64,000 nt of DNA. Source: a bacterium. GTDB lineage: Bacteria > Patescibacteriota > Minisyncoccia > Phycocordibacterales > UBA9973. Below are positions 55,067 to 64,000 of this stretch, in pieces. The position numbers and the translations under genes are program-made. Where the stretch lies: assembly GCA_021831595.1 (NCBI GenBank), contig JAKBMK010000020.1:2801-66800 (forward strand), read 5' to 3'. Position 1 is the first letter of the stretch, and every line of letters begins with the position of its first letter. The notes beneath the pieces were generated by a model. The model had not been told where the DNA came from. It searched no databases and saw nothing but the letters and a program-made list of their open reading frames with translations.

Positions 55067-55885
55067 ATGAACAATACTTGCAATTCTAGTGAAATAAATG
55101 AAGAGAAGAAAGCATTTTATGAATTGGTATATACCTCTCTTTCAGAGGCTATCAAGATCTTAGAAGAGAGACAAAAAGATAAAGATCTCATAGAAAAAAT
55201 AGATAAAATCTTGAATAATAACATACCTGAACCTCTCAAAAAAATTGATAAAAATGGAGTTTTGTTCAGACAGGTTGCTACACCAAACTTTGAGGCTAGA
55301 TGGTTTATTGAGCTTACAAGAGATCATGGCCTTAAAACTAACTTTTTTGAATATCATTCAGATAAATTTACATCAAATAACTACTACAAACATTCTTTGG
55401 GTCAGTTAAGAGTACATAAAGATAAACATAACAAAAACGGAGATAATATAGAAGAAAAAATAACAATTGTTGATTTTGCTAAATATGATGGCAAAAAATT
55501 AAAAGAAGTTTACACCACATGGAATGAACCACTAATTTCATTTCATAAAAAAATATTTGATGTTTACAAATACAACCCTAAACAATTATTTTTTTATGAT
55601 ATAACAGACTGGCTAAAAATTAGCGGGGAAAAAGCAGTAGATTATTATACAAATTTTATATTATTATTTATTTGCAGAGGTATCTTATTTGAAAATTTTT
55701 TGTTTGCTGATAGTGAGGGTGATTTTACAAAAAAAATACTTCTTCCTGCTTTTAAAAGAGCCCAGGAAATATCCGGAATTAAACCATTAGTAGTTCCAAT
55801 TCCTCCAATGGATCCAGATATTGAAGAAGATATGCACTGGCATTCTTATCATCCAATTATAAAGTCATTAATAAAAAATATATGA
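55067..55885 (+). CDS. hypothetical soluble protein
   Basis: 272 aa; no motif recognised; starts 1 nt after the upstream stop and its stop overlaps the histidine kinase ATG (ATGA). Confidence 0.5.
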   Translation: MNNTCNSSEINEEKKAFYELVYTSLSEAIKILEERQKDKDLIEKIDKILNNNIPEPLKKIDKNGVLFRQVATPNFEARWFIELTRDHGLKTNFFEYHSDKFTSNNYYKHSLGQLRVHKDKHNKNGDNIEEKITIVDFAKYDGKKLKEVYTTWNEPLISFHKKIFDVYKYNPKQLFFYDITDWLKISGEKAVDYYTNFILLFICRGILFENFLFADSEGDFTKKILLPAFKRAQEISGIKPLVVPIPPMDPDIEEDMHWHSYHPIIKSLIKNI

Positions 55886-57585
55886 TTGAATTTGATCCAC
55901 TTTTAAATACCTGTTACATTCTTACAAATGGTAGTATACGCACATTAGCTTATTATTCTCACTTAATTCCAATTTTTTTCTCACTAAGTTTGGCCTTGTT
56001 GGTTTTTATTAAAGCCCCTAAAAACATTCTCTCAAAAGTCTTTTTAGCTTTTTCAATTGTATTTTCTTTTTGGCTAGTAGCAGATCTTATAACATGGGTT
56101 TCAAATAATTATTCTTTAGTTTATGCATTTTGGGCACCAGTGGACTACATAGAAACGATTATGTATATTCTTGGCTTATATTTTGCGATGGTCTTTGTCA
56201 ATGGATCTGATATTTCATGGTTTAAAAAAATATTATTATTTCTAATAACAATTCCTCCATTTTTTATCACTATAACTCAAAAATCTGTGTTAGGTTTTAC
56301 CCATCCTGTGTGTGAAGCTGTTAACAATGGCTTTTTATTAAATTATAGATTTGCAATTGAAATATTATCTATAATAATTATTTTAATTTATGCAATAAAT
56401 CCATTCTTCATAAAAAAGTTAAAGGAGTTTAGAAAATCTAGATTTATAGTATTGGGATCCATGTTTTTGTTTTTAACAGTTTTTGGGGCAACGTCTTACC
56501 TTTCAGCTTCAACAGGGTATTATGAACTTAATCTATATGCACTTTTCGTAATTCCTTTATTCTTAATAGCAATAATACATAGTATTTTTAGTTTGGATAT
56601 TTTTAAGGTCAAAATAGTTGGTACTTATTTTATCGTTATAGGCTTTATTATTTTAATGGGTACCCAGTTACTATTTATTACAAGTGCTACAAACAAATTA
56701 TTGACTATATTAACCTTATTGTTGTCTATGATTTTAAGTTTCATCCTTTTTAAAAACCTCAAAAAGGAAACGGATCAAAGAATATATATTGAAAAACTTT
56801 CTGAAGTTATAAAACAATCAAAAAAACAAGTAGAAGAAACCAATGACAAGCTTGAAAAAGCTAATGAAAAACTTAAAGGATTGGATAAGCTAAAGACGGA
56901 ATTCGTTTCGCTCGCTTCCCATCAACTTCGTAGTCCTTTAACAGCTATTAAGGGCTATGCTTCTATGCTTATGGAAGGAGATTATGGAGATATAAGTAAA
57001 GAAGCCAAAGAGGCCATCGATCGTATGTATGAATCGAGTAAAAATCTGACTATTGTTGTAGAAGACCTTCTAAATGTTACAAAAATTGAATCAGGTGGAA
57101 TGAAATATGAAATGGTGATATTTGACTTGTCTCAAGTTGCAGAAGATGAAGCCAAAGATTTCACTATGGCAGCAGAAAAGAAAGGATTGAAATTAAACTT
57201 TGAAAAAGATGAAAGTACTTACTGTACTGTAAATGGAGATAAAGAAAAGATCCGACAAATTATAATTAACTTTATAGATAATTCCATCAAATATACTAAA
57301 GAAGGAAAAGTAAATATTTCCGTAAGAAATAAAGGGGACAAAGTACTGTTTTGTGTAAAAGATACAGGCGTAGGTATGTCTGAAGAGATAAAAGAAAGCC
57401 TATTTCATAAGTTTGCTCGTGGAGATGGTTCAAGGATGAACACTACTGGCTCTGGACTCGGACTATATCTAGCTAAACAAATAGTAGAGGCTCATCATGG
57501 CCGTGTCTGGGTAGAATCCGATGGTCCAGGCAAGGGTTCAGCCTTCTACATGGAGCTCAAAGCCGAATGCTGTAAAGCAGAATAA
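55882..57585 (+). CDS. sensor histidine kinase with polytopic (about 7 TM) sensor domain
   Basis: H-box HQLRSPLTAIKGYASML, N/G1/G2 boxes (DTGVGM, GSGLGL); no response regulator adjacent. Confidence 0.88.
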   Translation: MIEFDPLLNTCYILTNGSIRTLAYYSHLIPIFFSLSLALLVFIKAPKNILSKVFLAFSIVFSFWLVADLITWVSNNYSLVYAFWAPVDYIETIMYILGLYFAMVFVNGSDISWFKKILLFLITIPPFFITITQKSVLGFTHPVCEAVNNGFLLNYRFAIEILSIIIILIYAINPFFIKKLKEFRKSRFIVLGSMFLFLTVFGATSYLSASTGYYELNLYALFVIPLFLIAIIHSIFSLDIFKVKIVGTYFIVIGFIILMGTQLLFITSATNKLLTILTLLLSMILSFILFKNLKKETDQRIYIEKLSEVIKQSKKQVEETNDKLEKANEKLKGLDKLKTEFVSLASHQLRSPLTAIKGYASMLMEGDYGDISKEAKEAIDRMYESSKNLTIVVEDLLNVTKIESGGMKYEMVIFDLSQVAEDEAKDFTMAAEKKGLKLNFEKDESTYCTVNGDKEKIRQIIINFIDNSIKYTKEGKVNISVRNKGDKVLFCVKDTGVGMSEEIKESLFHKFARGDGSRMNTTGSGLGLYLAKQIVEAHHGRVWVESDGPGKGSAFYMELKAECCKAE

Positions 57586-57588
57586 TTA

Positions 57589-57620
57589 AAATGCGTTAGG
57601 CTAGCCCTAACGCATTTTAA
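57589..57620. terminator. bidirectional terminator between the histidine kinase and cysS
   Basis: aaatgcgttagg-ctagc-cctaacgcattt. Confidence 0.8.
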
Positions 57621-57622
57621 GA

Positions 57623-58816
57623 TTAAATTTTATCTAATCCAAAACCAAAAACTTTATCAAAATCAAGTAATGTAGCTTTCTTATCGGTAGGAGAGAGTTC
57701 TTTATTTTTTAGAATCTCCCAAACCAGAGATAAAGCTCGAGCTGTATTTAAATTGTCATCCATATATTCGACAAAACGAGTCTTATAGTTCACATCAACA
57801 ATTCCGATACCATCTCCGAGGGCTATATAGCCTTTTTTAAGACGCTCCAAAGCTACTTGTGCGCCTTTTATGGTCTCAAGTGTAAAGTTTACTTTGGTTG
57901 AGTAGTTGGAAGTATATAGCCAAAGTCTGAACGCAAGAGGATCAATTCCTTTTTCTATCAAATCTTTCAGTGTATAAAAGTTGCCAAGAGACTTAGACAT
58001 CTTTTTACCGTCTACCAAGAGATGCTCATTGTGCATCCAATATTTTACAAATTCTTTACCTGTTACGCATTCTGATTGCGCTATTTCATTTTCATGGTGG
58101 GGGAATATATTGTCTACACCACCAGTATGGATATCAAAACTCTCGCCGAGTTCTTTCATACTCATAGCAGAACATTCTATGTGCCACCCAGGGCGTCCTT
58201 TACCTAAGCTTGTCTCCCAAAAAACATCTCCATCTTTCTCATCCCAAGCTTTCCACAAGGCAAAATCTTGAGCGTTTTCCTTATCATATTCATCATTTTT
58301 TAATCGTCCCAAAGCATTTTCTTTCAAATCTTTTAAATCAAAACCGGACAATTTGCCATATTCTTTGTCTTTATGAATATCAAAATAGACAGACCCGTCA
58401 GTAGTTTTGTAAGCAAAACCTTTCTCTATTAAAATCTCTATTAGCTTTACCATTTCATTTATGAACGAAGTTGCCTTAGTGTAAATATCAGCCTTCACTA
58501 TGTTAAGTAAATCAAGATCTTTAAAGAAAGCTTCTATATAAAACGAAGTGAAATCAACCAAACTCTTATTTTCATTCTGTGATTCACGGATAGTTTTATC
58601 ATCCACATCTGTAATATTCATGACATGCTTCACGTTATATCCACTATATTTAAGATAACGTTTTAGCATATCGCCAAATATATAAGCTCTAAGGTTTCCA
58701 ATATGAGCATATGAATAAACTGTTGGCCCACATGTATACAGACCAACTTCTCTATCTTTAATTGATTTGAATTCTTCTTTTTCTCTTGATAATGTATTAA
58801 ATAATTTTAAAGCCAT
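57623..58816 (-). CDS. cysS: cysteine--tRNA ligase (compact)
   Basis: HIGN (HIGH) motif, KMSKS, zinc-binding Cys residues; 397 aa. Confidence 0.9.
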   Translation of the reverse strand: MALKLFNTLSREKEEFKSIKDREVGLYTCGPTVYSYAHIGNLRAYIFGDMLKRYLKYSGYNVKHVMNITDVDDKTIRESQNENKSLVDFTSFYIEAFFKDLDLLNIVKADIYTKATSFINEMVKLIEILIEKGFAYKTTDGSVYFDIHKDKEYGKLSGFDLKDLKENALGRLKNDEYDKENAQDFALWKAWDEKDGDVFWETSLGKGRPGWHIECSAMSMKELGESFDIHTGGVDNIFPHHENEIAQSECVTGKEFVKYWMHNEHLLVDGKKMSKSLGNFYTLKDLIEKGIDPLAFRLWLYTSNYSTKVNFTLETIKGAQVALERLKKGYIALGDGIGIVDVNYKTRFVEYMDDNLNTARALSLVWEILKNKELSPTDKKATLLDFDKVFGFGLDKI

Positions 58817-59301
58817 ATAAAAATGATAGAAATGATGATTAATATAATAATGTATATATTTCGATTTTTGATTTTTTTATTTCTGTCTATAATCTGATGC
58901 TTAAGTTTTTCTATTTGTTTGTGACTGTGTGATAGTTCAATTTCTCTATTTTTAAATAAATTTTTAAGTAAATGAGCAAAGAGTACCTTGTTGCTATTTA
59001 TCTTTTCTATCGAAACCATGTCTATTTCTAGCTCTTTGGATGCTGTCGTAAAGGCTGGCATCGGACACTCGTGTATACTTAGGATAAACTTGTCACAAAC
59101 AACAAAAGTTATTTTATTATCTATGGAAGTATAGATAAAGTCATAAATCACCTCGAATTTATCGGCCTTGTTCTTACTATAAAGTAAATCTTTTATATTT
59201 GGAGGTACTGAATACTCATCTATGATATGCTCTATTTCTCCATCGGTAGGAGACTCTATATCTACCCAATTCAAATCCTTATGATTATACTTTGATATCA
59301 T
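58807..59301 (-). CDS. hypothetical protein resembling the N-terminal domain of CorA, with a C-terminal TM anchor
   Basis: NWVDIESPTDGEIEHIIDEYSVPPN resembles the CorA cytoplasmic domain; no GMN motif; a single TM helix. Confidence 0.35.
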   Translation of the reverse strand: MISKYNHKDLNWVDIESPTDGEIEHIIDEYSVPPNIKDLLYSKNKADKFEVIYDFIYTSIDNKITFVVCDKFILSIHECPMPAFTTASKELEIDMVSIEKINSNKVLFAHLLKNLFKNREIELSHSHKQIEKLKHQIIDRNKKIKNRNIYIIILIIISIIFIWL

Positions 59302-59364
59302 ATATTACATAGTATACAGTGCCACTTGCATTTTTGCCAACTTTTGTGTATTATATGGTCTGTT

Positions 59365-59727
59365 ATGGCAACAAAGACAAAAGCAACAAAAAAGGAAGTT
59401 AAAGACAGCAAAGAATTTGCAGTTATTTTTACAGGGGGAAAGCAATACAAAGTTGCTGTTGGGGACGTCCTTAAAATCGAGAAATTGGAAGGGGATTTTC
59501 AAGCAGGAGACAAGATAACCTTTGACAAGGTCTTACTCGTGGACAACGGAGTAGATACAACCATTGGTAATCCTTATATCACAGGAGCAAAAGTAGAATC
59601 ACTCTTTCAGAAAGCAGGTAAGCGTCCTACCGTTACAGTTGTTAAATACAAACAAAAGAGTAGATACCTGAAGAAGAACGGCCATCGCCAACCATTCATA
59701 GAAGTTAAAATATCAGCAATCAAATAG
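59365..59727 (+). CDS. rplU: 50S ribosomal protein L21
   Basis: FTGGKQYKVAVGDVLKIEKL...KQKSRYLKKNGHRQPF; the ORF track started this at a TTG; ATG 59365 chosen. Confidence 0.88.
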   Translation: MATKTKATKKEVKDSKEFAVIFTGGKQYKVAVGDVLKIEKLEGDFQAGDKITFDKVLLVDNGVDTTIGNPYITGAKVESLFQKAGKRPTVTVVKYKQKSRYLKKNGHRQPFIEVKISAIK

Positions 59728-59736
59728 ACATTTAAA

Positions 59737-59765
59737 ATAAGCCCTACAAGAGGGCTTATTTTTTA
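59737..59765 (+). terminator. rho-independent terminator
   Basis: ataagccct-acaag-agggcttat followed by tttttt. Confidence 0.8.
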
Positions 59766-59851
59766 TTAAAAAGATGTTGTTTTTTTTAATTTGATGTTAT
59801 AATACATATAGTCGTTATAAACAATAAGTTTTTTAATCTATCATCATAACT

Positions 59852-62071
59852 ATGAAAAATCTAGCAAAGTTATCGTTTGTCGGTATTATTTTTATTTTTT
59901 CTTTACTTTTATCTAGTAATGTATCTGCCACTACTGTAAAAGCAACTGCTATAAAAGCTAAACCAGCAGAAGCTATAATCCTAGCTGAAGTTAATATTCA
60001 AAATGCCAAAATTGATAAACAGGACAACAATAATTTTGATATATCTTTTTCGCTTTCAAATGGTAAGGGTCTTCAGACGGGAGTAAAATATGGAGTAGAG
60101 CTAATTTCTAAGTCAAAAAAGATTCAAACTGTCGTTGATGAAAAGATATATGATGAATCTCTAACCTTGCACGAGAACTCATCTGTAGAGAAAACCATCA
60201 AATATACAGCTCCAAATATGCTAGATGGGGTGTACTCTTTGTTCTTAACCAGCAAAAACGAAGCAAATTTCCCCTTCAGTACAGCTTATTTGGGTGAAGT
60301 TAGAATTAAACCAGTAATGAGAGGCCTTGCTATCGACCCTCTCTCTTGTGTCTATTATGTAAATAATTCAAAAGATAAGTCCCTTTATTTAATAAATCAA
60401 GTTGTAGACATAGACACAACTGAATCTCTTGGGATCAAATGCGTAACTTTTAATAGTGGAAGCAAAGAAGTGCAAGTAACCCCTTCTTTTGTTACGAATG
60501 AAAAAAGTGTTTATGGAAAAATTGTTAAAACTGATACAGGAGATACAAAGACAGAAACATTCAAAGCCCTCGAGAAGAAAGTTATCTCCTTTACTTTGCC
60601 AAAAGCTTCACTCCCAGGTTTATATTTCTTGACAATGGGGTTAAAGCAAGACAAAGAAGAGGTCTCTAACACCATAAGCTTAACTTATTTAATTAGGGGT
60701 AATATTGCAAGTATCAATAATCTATTCCTAGACAAAGATTACTATCGCGAGGGCGATGTCGCCAATACATCATTCATGTGGAGCAAGGTGGAAGGCAAAT
60801 TACTTCGAGGAAGTTCTCCAAAGGATTCACCAATAACACTAACTGCTACTATTAAAGATTATAACAATAACAACTGTGCAAAACCTGTCACTGAAAATCT
60901 TGTTCGTGATTTATCAAAACCTAAAACAGAATTATTGATAAATATTACAAAGAATTGCTTTAACCCAACCATTACTCTCACCCTAAGGGATAGCTCTAAT
61001 ACTGTTCTCGATGAAAAAAGCTTTACAGTGCAAACTGTTTCAGTGAAGAAGCCAATAAATACAACGCCATTCATTATTATTGCATTATTAATATTAGCTG
61101 TAGCTATCTTTTATATGTATAAGAAGAATAAAAATACTATTAACCCTGGAACAAATAATAATATTAAAATAAATATTTTAATATTATTTGTGTTCTTGTT
61201 TGGAACGTTATTATTCACAAATAATGCTTATGCTGGTAGTTATTATGAACAGATGACTATCGGTAGTGCTTCTTGTTATATTGCATACAGTGCAAGTATA
61301 GACAAACCAACTGGTTATATAACCAATGATACACTGACAGCAAGTGCTACTATCGGCGCATGTGGCTGCAATGATGGTAGAGCTGCTTCTTGCGGAATAC
61401 AATCAACAGTGGCTCAGGGTGGAAGTTTGCTAAACCCTACATCTCCACAAACACTAAGTACTATGGAGACAGGAGGTGGATGTCCTGGCTCATATTCGTA
61501 TCAATTACCTAGCTGGGGTGGTAGTGGACAAGTCAACTTTATTTCGTCAATTAATGGTTCTTATGGAGGAACGGGCATTGCTTTTACTGTCTCAACTCCT
61601 CCCGCTGTCGGTTTGAATGTTTGGGCTGATAATAACGTTATAACTTTAGGATCACAAGCACATATTAATTGGGCTTCTACAAATGCAACATCGTGTATAT
61701 CTACCGATGGTGGCACTTATGACACACGTTTATCCGGAGATTACTACAACACGCCAACAGCCGACAAAACATACTCAGTTACTTGTTTTGGAGCAGGTGG
61801 AACTAATATTGTTAAGTCTACAACGGTTTATGTAACGACACCAACTCCAACAGTTAGGGCGTGGAAAAATAGCGCTGGATCAATTCCTTATAATACAACA
61901 GATACAATATATTGGAGTTCAACAAATGCCACAAGTTGTAGTTGTTATTACTATAATACTCAAAATTCAGGGAACTGTCCGGGTTTCCCAACACCAGGAG
62001 GAACAAGTGGTCAATTTGATACACCAAGTTTACTATCCAATACCACCTATAATTTTTCCTGCTCTAATTAA
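59852..62071 (+). CDS. surface or membrane protein with signal peptide, two central TM helices and C-terminal Cys-containing Ig-like repeats
   Basis: 739 aa; the W...I.W.STNATSC...TY..C motif occurs twice in the C-terminal 250 residues. Confidence 0.5.
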   Translation: MKNLAKLSFVGIIFIFSLLLSSNVSATTVKATAIKAKPAEAIILAEVNIQNAKIDKQDNNNFDISFSLSNGKGLQTGVKYGVELISKSKKIQTVVDEKIYDESLTLHENSSVEKTIKYTAPNMLDGVYSLFLTSKNEANFPFSTAYLGEVRIKPVMRGLAIDPLSCVYYVNNSKDKSLYLINQVVDIDTTESLGIKCVTFNSGSKEVQVTPSFVTNEKSVYGKIVKTDTGDTKTETFKALEKKVISFTLPKASLPGLYFLTMGLKQDKEEVSNTISLTYLIRGNIASINNLFLDKDYYREGDVANTSFMWSKVEGKLLRGSSPKDSPITLTATIKDYNNNNCAKPVTENLVRDLSKPKTELLINITKNCFNPTITLTLRDSSNTVLDEKSFTVQTVSVKKPINTTPFIIIALLILAVAIFYMYKKNKNTINPGTNNNIKINILILFVFLFGTLLFTNNAYAGSYYEQMTIGSASCYIAYSASIDKPTGYITNDTLTASATIGACGCNDGRAASCGIQSTVAQGGSLLNPTSPQTLSTMETGGGCPGSYSYQLPSWGGSGQVNFISSINGSYGGTGIAFTVSTPPAVGLNVWADNNVITLGSQAHINWASTNATSCISTDGGTYDTRLSGDYYNTPTADKTYSVTCFGAGGTNIVKSTTVYVTTPTPTVRAWKNSAGSIPYNTTDTIYWSSTNATSCSCYYYNTQNSGNCPGFPTPGGTSGQFDTPSLLSNTTYNFSCSN

Positions 62072-62202
62072 ATTTCATATCAATAAAGCACCTAGATACC
62101 TGGGTGCTTTCTTGGTATATATCCAATGTATTGACAATTAAATCTAAAAGTCATACAATACAATTGAATATGTATATTGTCAAATCTTTATAATATCAAG
62201 CC

Positions 62203-63117
62203 ATGAAAAAGATCAGATTACTTTTGATTATCTTTGCAGGCTTTTTTGTGAGCTGCAAAGGAGTGGTTGAGGATGTAGTAATTCCTCAGCCTGAAGTTCT
62301 TCTGGCTGTTGCAACCCCTGCAACAGTTAAGTACAACGGAAGCTCTACAGTAACTTGGCAATTAAAAAATGCTAAATATTGTGAAGTTTCGGTGAATGGA
62401 GTTGTTAAACCTGTAAGCGGATATTCTATCAGTCTTCAAAACCTGGTAGCTCCGACTTCTGTCGTAATCACAGCTATAGGTGACAACTTTTCATTAAGAT
62501 CCTCTACTACTGTGACCATACCAGTGGAAGCAGCTCCTACACCTTCATTAGTTATAACTGCCCCAACAGGCATTATTCCTTATGCAGGTACTGCGACATT
62601 TTCTTGGACTCTTGGTGACTTTACTACTAACGTTAGTGTCGATGGAGTAAATCAAACAGGAACATCTTTTAAAACCCCTGTTTTGTTAAACTCTAAAGAC
62701 TATAATCTGGTAGCAACCGGACCAGGAGGAAGTCAGAACTACAAAATTACCATCAGTGTTGCAAGTTGGGAAAGTTCTAAATTAGGACTTATCACTTACA
62801 AGCCGTGGTATTTGGTTAAATCTGAAAAACGTAACCTAACTCCTACTACTAGCGATTGGTATAATATGATACCTGATCCAAGTACCATTACAGATCATTT
62901 AGTCTTTAGTGTTGACTACAAGTTGCGTTATTTTGATGTAAATGAAGTTTTGTTTGGAGGGCCATACGACTGGTATTTCACAGGAAGTGGATTACAAGTT
63001 GTAAAAGGAACTCTCTACTCATCTGTGATTGTTAATAAAGATAATTTAGTACTCATTGGTACGTCACTAGGGTTTGGCACAACATCAGAAGTAAGAGACA
63101 CATATGTACACAAATAA
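62203..63117 (+). CDS. lipoprotein with tandem Ig-like beta-sandwich repeats
   Basis: lipobox FVSC; repeats VTWQLKNAKYCEVSVNGV... and ATFSWTLGDFTTNVSVDGV... Confidence 0.5.
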   Translation: MKKIRLLLIIFAGFFVSCKGVVEDVVIPQPEVLLAVATPATVKYNGSSTVTWQLKNAKYCEVSVNGVVKPVSGYSISLQNLVAPTSVVITAIGDNFSLRSSTTVTIPVEAAPTPSLVITAPTGIIPYAGTATFSWTLGDFTTNVSVDGVNQTGTSFKTPVLLNSKDYNLVATGPGGSQNYKITISVASWESSKLGLITYKPWYLVKSEKRNLTPTTSDWYNMIPDPSTITDHLVFSVDYKLRYFDVNEVLFGGPYDWYFTGSGLQVVKGTLYSSVIVNKDNLVLIGTSLGFGTTSEVRDTYVHK

Positions 63118-63252
63118 TGTGTAATGTGTCTAATTTATATAAAAGGTTATCATCGCAAGATTGATAACCTTTTTATAATTGACAAACTTGTAAATAAATT
63201 ATAATGTAAAAAAAATAAGTAATTTAAACATTAAATCTTTAAAAATAAAGTT

Positions 63253-63507
63253 ATGGCAAAAGAATTACAGAATGAGGTTGTGTTTGTGCAACTAACGAAG
63301 AGAACCATAGTTGACGAAGTACGTACAAAAACTAAATATGGATCTCCTGAATGGAAGGAAGAGGTAAAAAAACAAATTGGCAAGGCACAAGTTCTAGACT
63401 ATGCCGGAATTAAATTTGCTTTATCTTCTAATCTTGGAGTGTTCACAATTATGGTTAGTGAAAAAGATTCAAAAGAAGCTACAAGACTTTTGGAAAACAT
63501 TAAATAG
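63253..63507 (+). CDS. hypothetical small protein
   Basis: 84 aa; no motif recognised. Confidence 0.4.
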   Translation: MAKELQNEVVFVQLTKRTIVDEVRTKTKYGSPEWKEEVKKQIGKAQVLDYAGIKFALSSNLGVFTIMVSEKDSKEATRLLENIK

Positions 63508-63512
63508 ATTTA

Positions 63513-63546
63513 AAGCGTTAGCTCTGTGCTAACGCCTTATTTTTTA
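63513..63546. terminator. bidirectional terminator
   Basis: gcgttagc-tctgt-gctaacgc followed by cttatttttt. Confidence 0.7.
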
Positions 63547-64000
63547 TGCTCTATTCCTTAATGCATTCTTAATCGTTTCTGAGTCAGAGTATTCAAGTTC
63601 TGTGCCAGTGGAAAGTCCACGACCGAGAGAGACAATGTTTAGCTTAAATTTATCTTGAAGAGGAGTAAGGAGCTCTCTTAAATACATATCCGTATGTTCA
63701 CCCTGAGGATTGAGAGACAAAGCGATGATGACTTCCTTAAGACCAGACCCGCCTTGACTCGTAGGCGAGGCAGGTTCTTTTGCTTGAAGCTCAACATTTC
63801 GAAGTAATTCTTTTGTTCGAACATAATTTGGAGTATCTTTACTGACTATTGGAACCAAACCACCAAGTATAAAATACATACCACTATAATTTTTACTTCT
63901 TTTGATATTTTCATAGTCTGCATCTTTTTCAACAATCAAGAGGGAAGTCTTGTCTGTTTTTATATTACTACAAGTATCACAAAGCTGATCCTCTTTTGAT
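63544..64000 (-). CDS. recR: recombination protein RecR (N-terminus runs off the window)
   Basis: Toprim domain LLIVEKDADY...ELEYSD; zinc-finger CDTCSN continues to the window edge in frame. Confidence 0.85.
   Translation of the reverse strand, partial: SKEDQLCDTCSNIKTDKTSLLIVEKDADYENIKRSKNYSGMYFILGGLVPIVSKDTPNYVRTKELLRNVELQAKEPASPTSQGGSGLKEVIIALSLNPQGEHTDMYLRELLTPLQDKFKLNIVSLGRGLSTGTELEYSDSETIKNALRNRA

Noticed and set aside
1-64000. Alternative genetic code (UGA recoding as in some CPR lineages)
   Set aside because: TGA is used as a stop (for example mreB at 3218-3220) and long ORFs are uninterrupted under the standard code.

Overview
This 64-kb window comes from an AT-rich bacterial chromosome with compact, tightly packed genes and standard stop codons; TGA terminates mreB. 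Most of it is core housekeeping. These genes are priA, mreB, holB-like, frr, rseP, typA, mltG, mnmA, cutA, mgtC, alaS, a P-type ATPase, the infA-rpmJ-rpsM-rpsK-rpsD-rpoA-rplQ and rplM-rpsI ribosomal clusters, grpE, dnaK-dnaJ, cysS, rplU and recR, which is cut at the 3' edge. Shine-Dalgarno sequences are mostly absent and several aminoacyl-tRNA synthetases are shortened. Together with giant surface proteins, this is compatible with a reduced-genome, possibly episymbiotic lineage of the CPR/Patescibacteria type, but that is inference only. The standout region is 28.4-40.3 kb. It holds a roughly 3,500-aa fibre-like surface protein that is split into two ORFs by a single frame change. It carries about 25 GNVGIGTTSP beta-helix-type repeats, an inserted CBM4_9-like carbohydrate-binding module, a phage tail-fibre Peptidase_S74-like intramolecular chaperone domain and a FIVAR-like tail. 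It is followed by two convergent PaaX-like wHTH regulators bracketed by a duplicated 34-bp palindrome, and one of these regulators is divergent from dnaK. Three other items are notable. A 120-bp element bounded by a 14-bp inverted repeat occurs twice, each time abutting a start codon. A Trp-Trp leader peptide with a terminator precedes an orphan trpB. A carboxyspermidine-pathway polyamine cluster carries its own aspartate kinase and Asd. All product calls rest on motif recognition by eye; no database searches were run.
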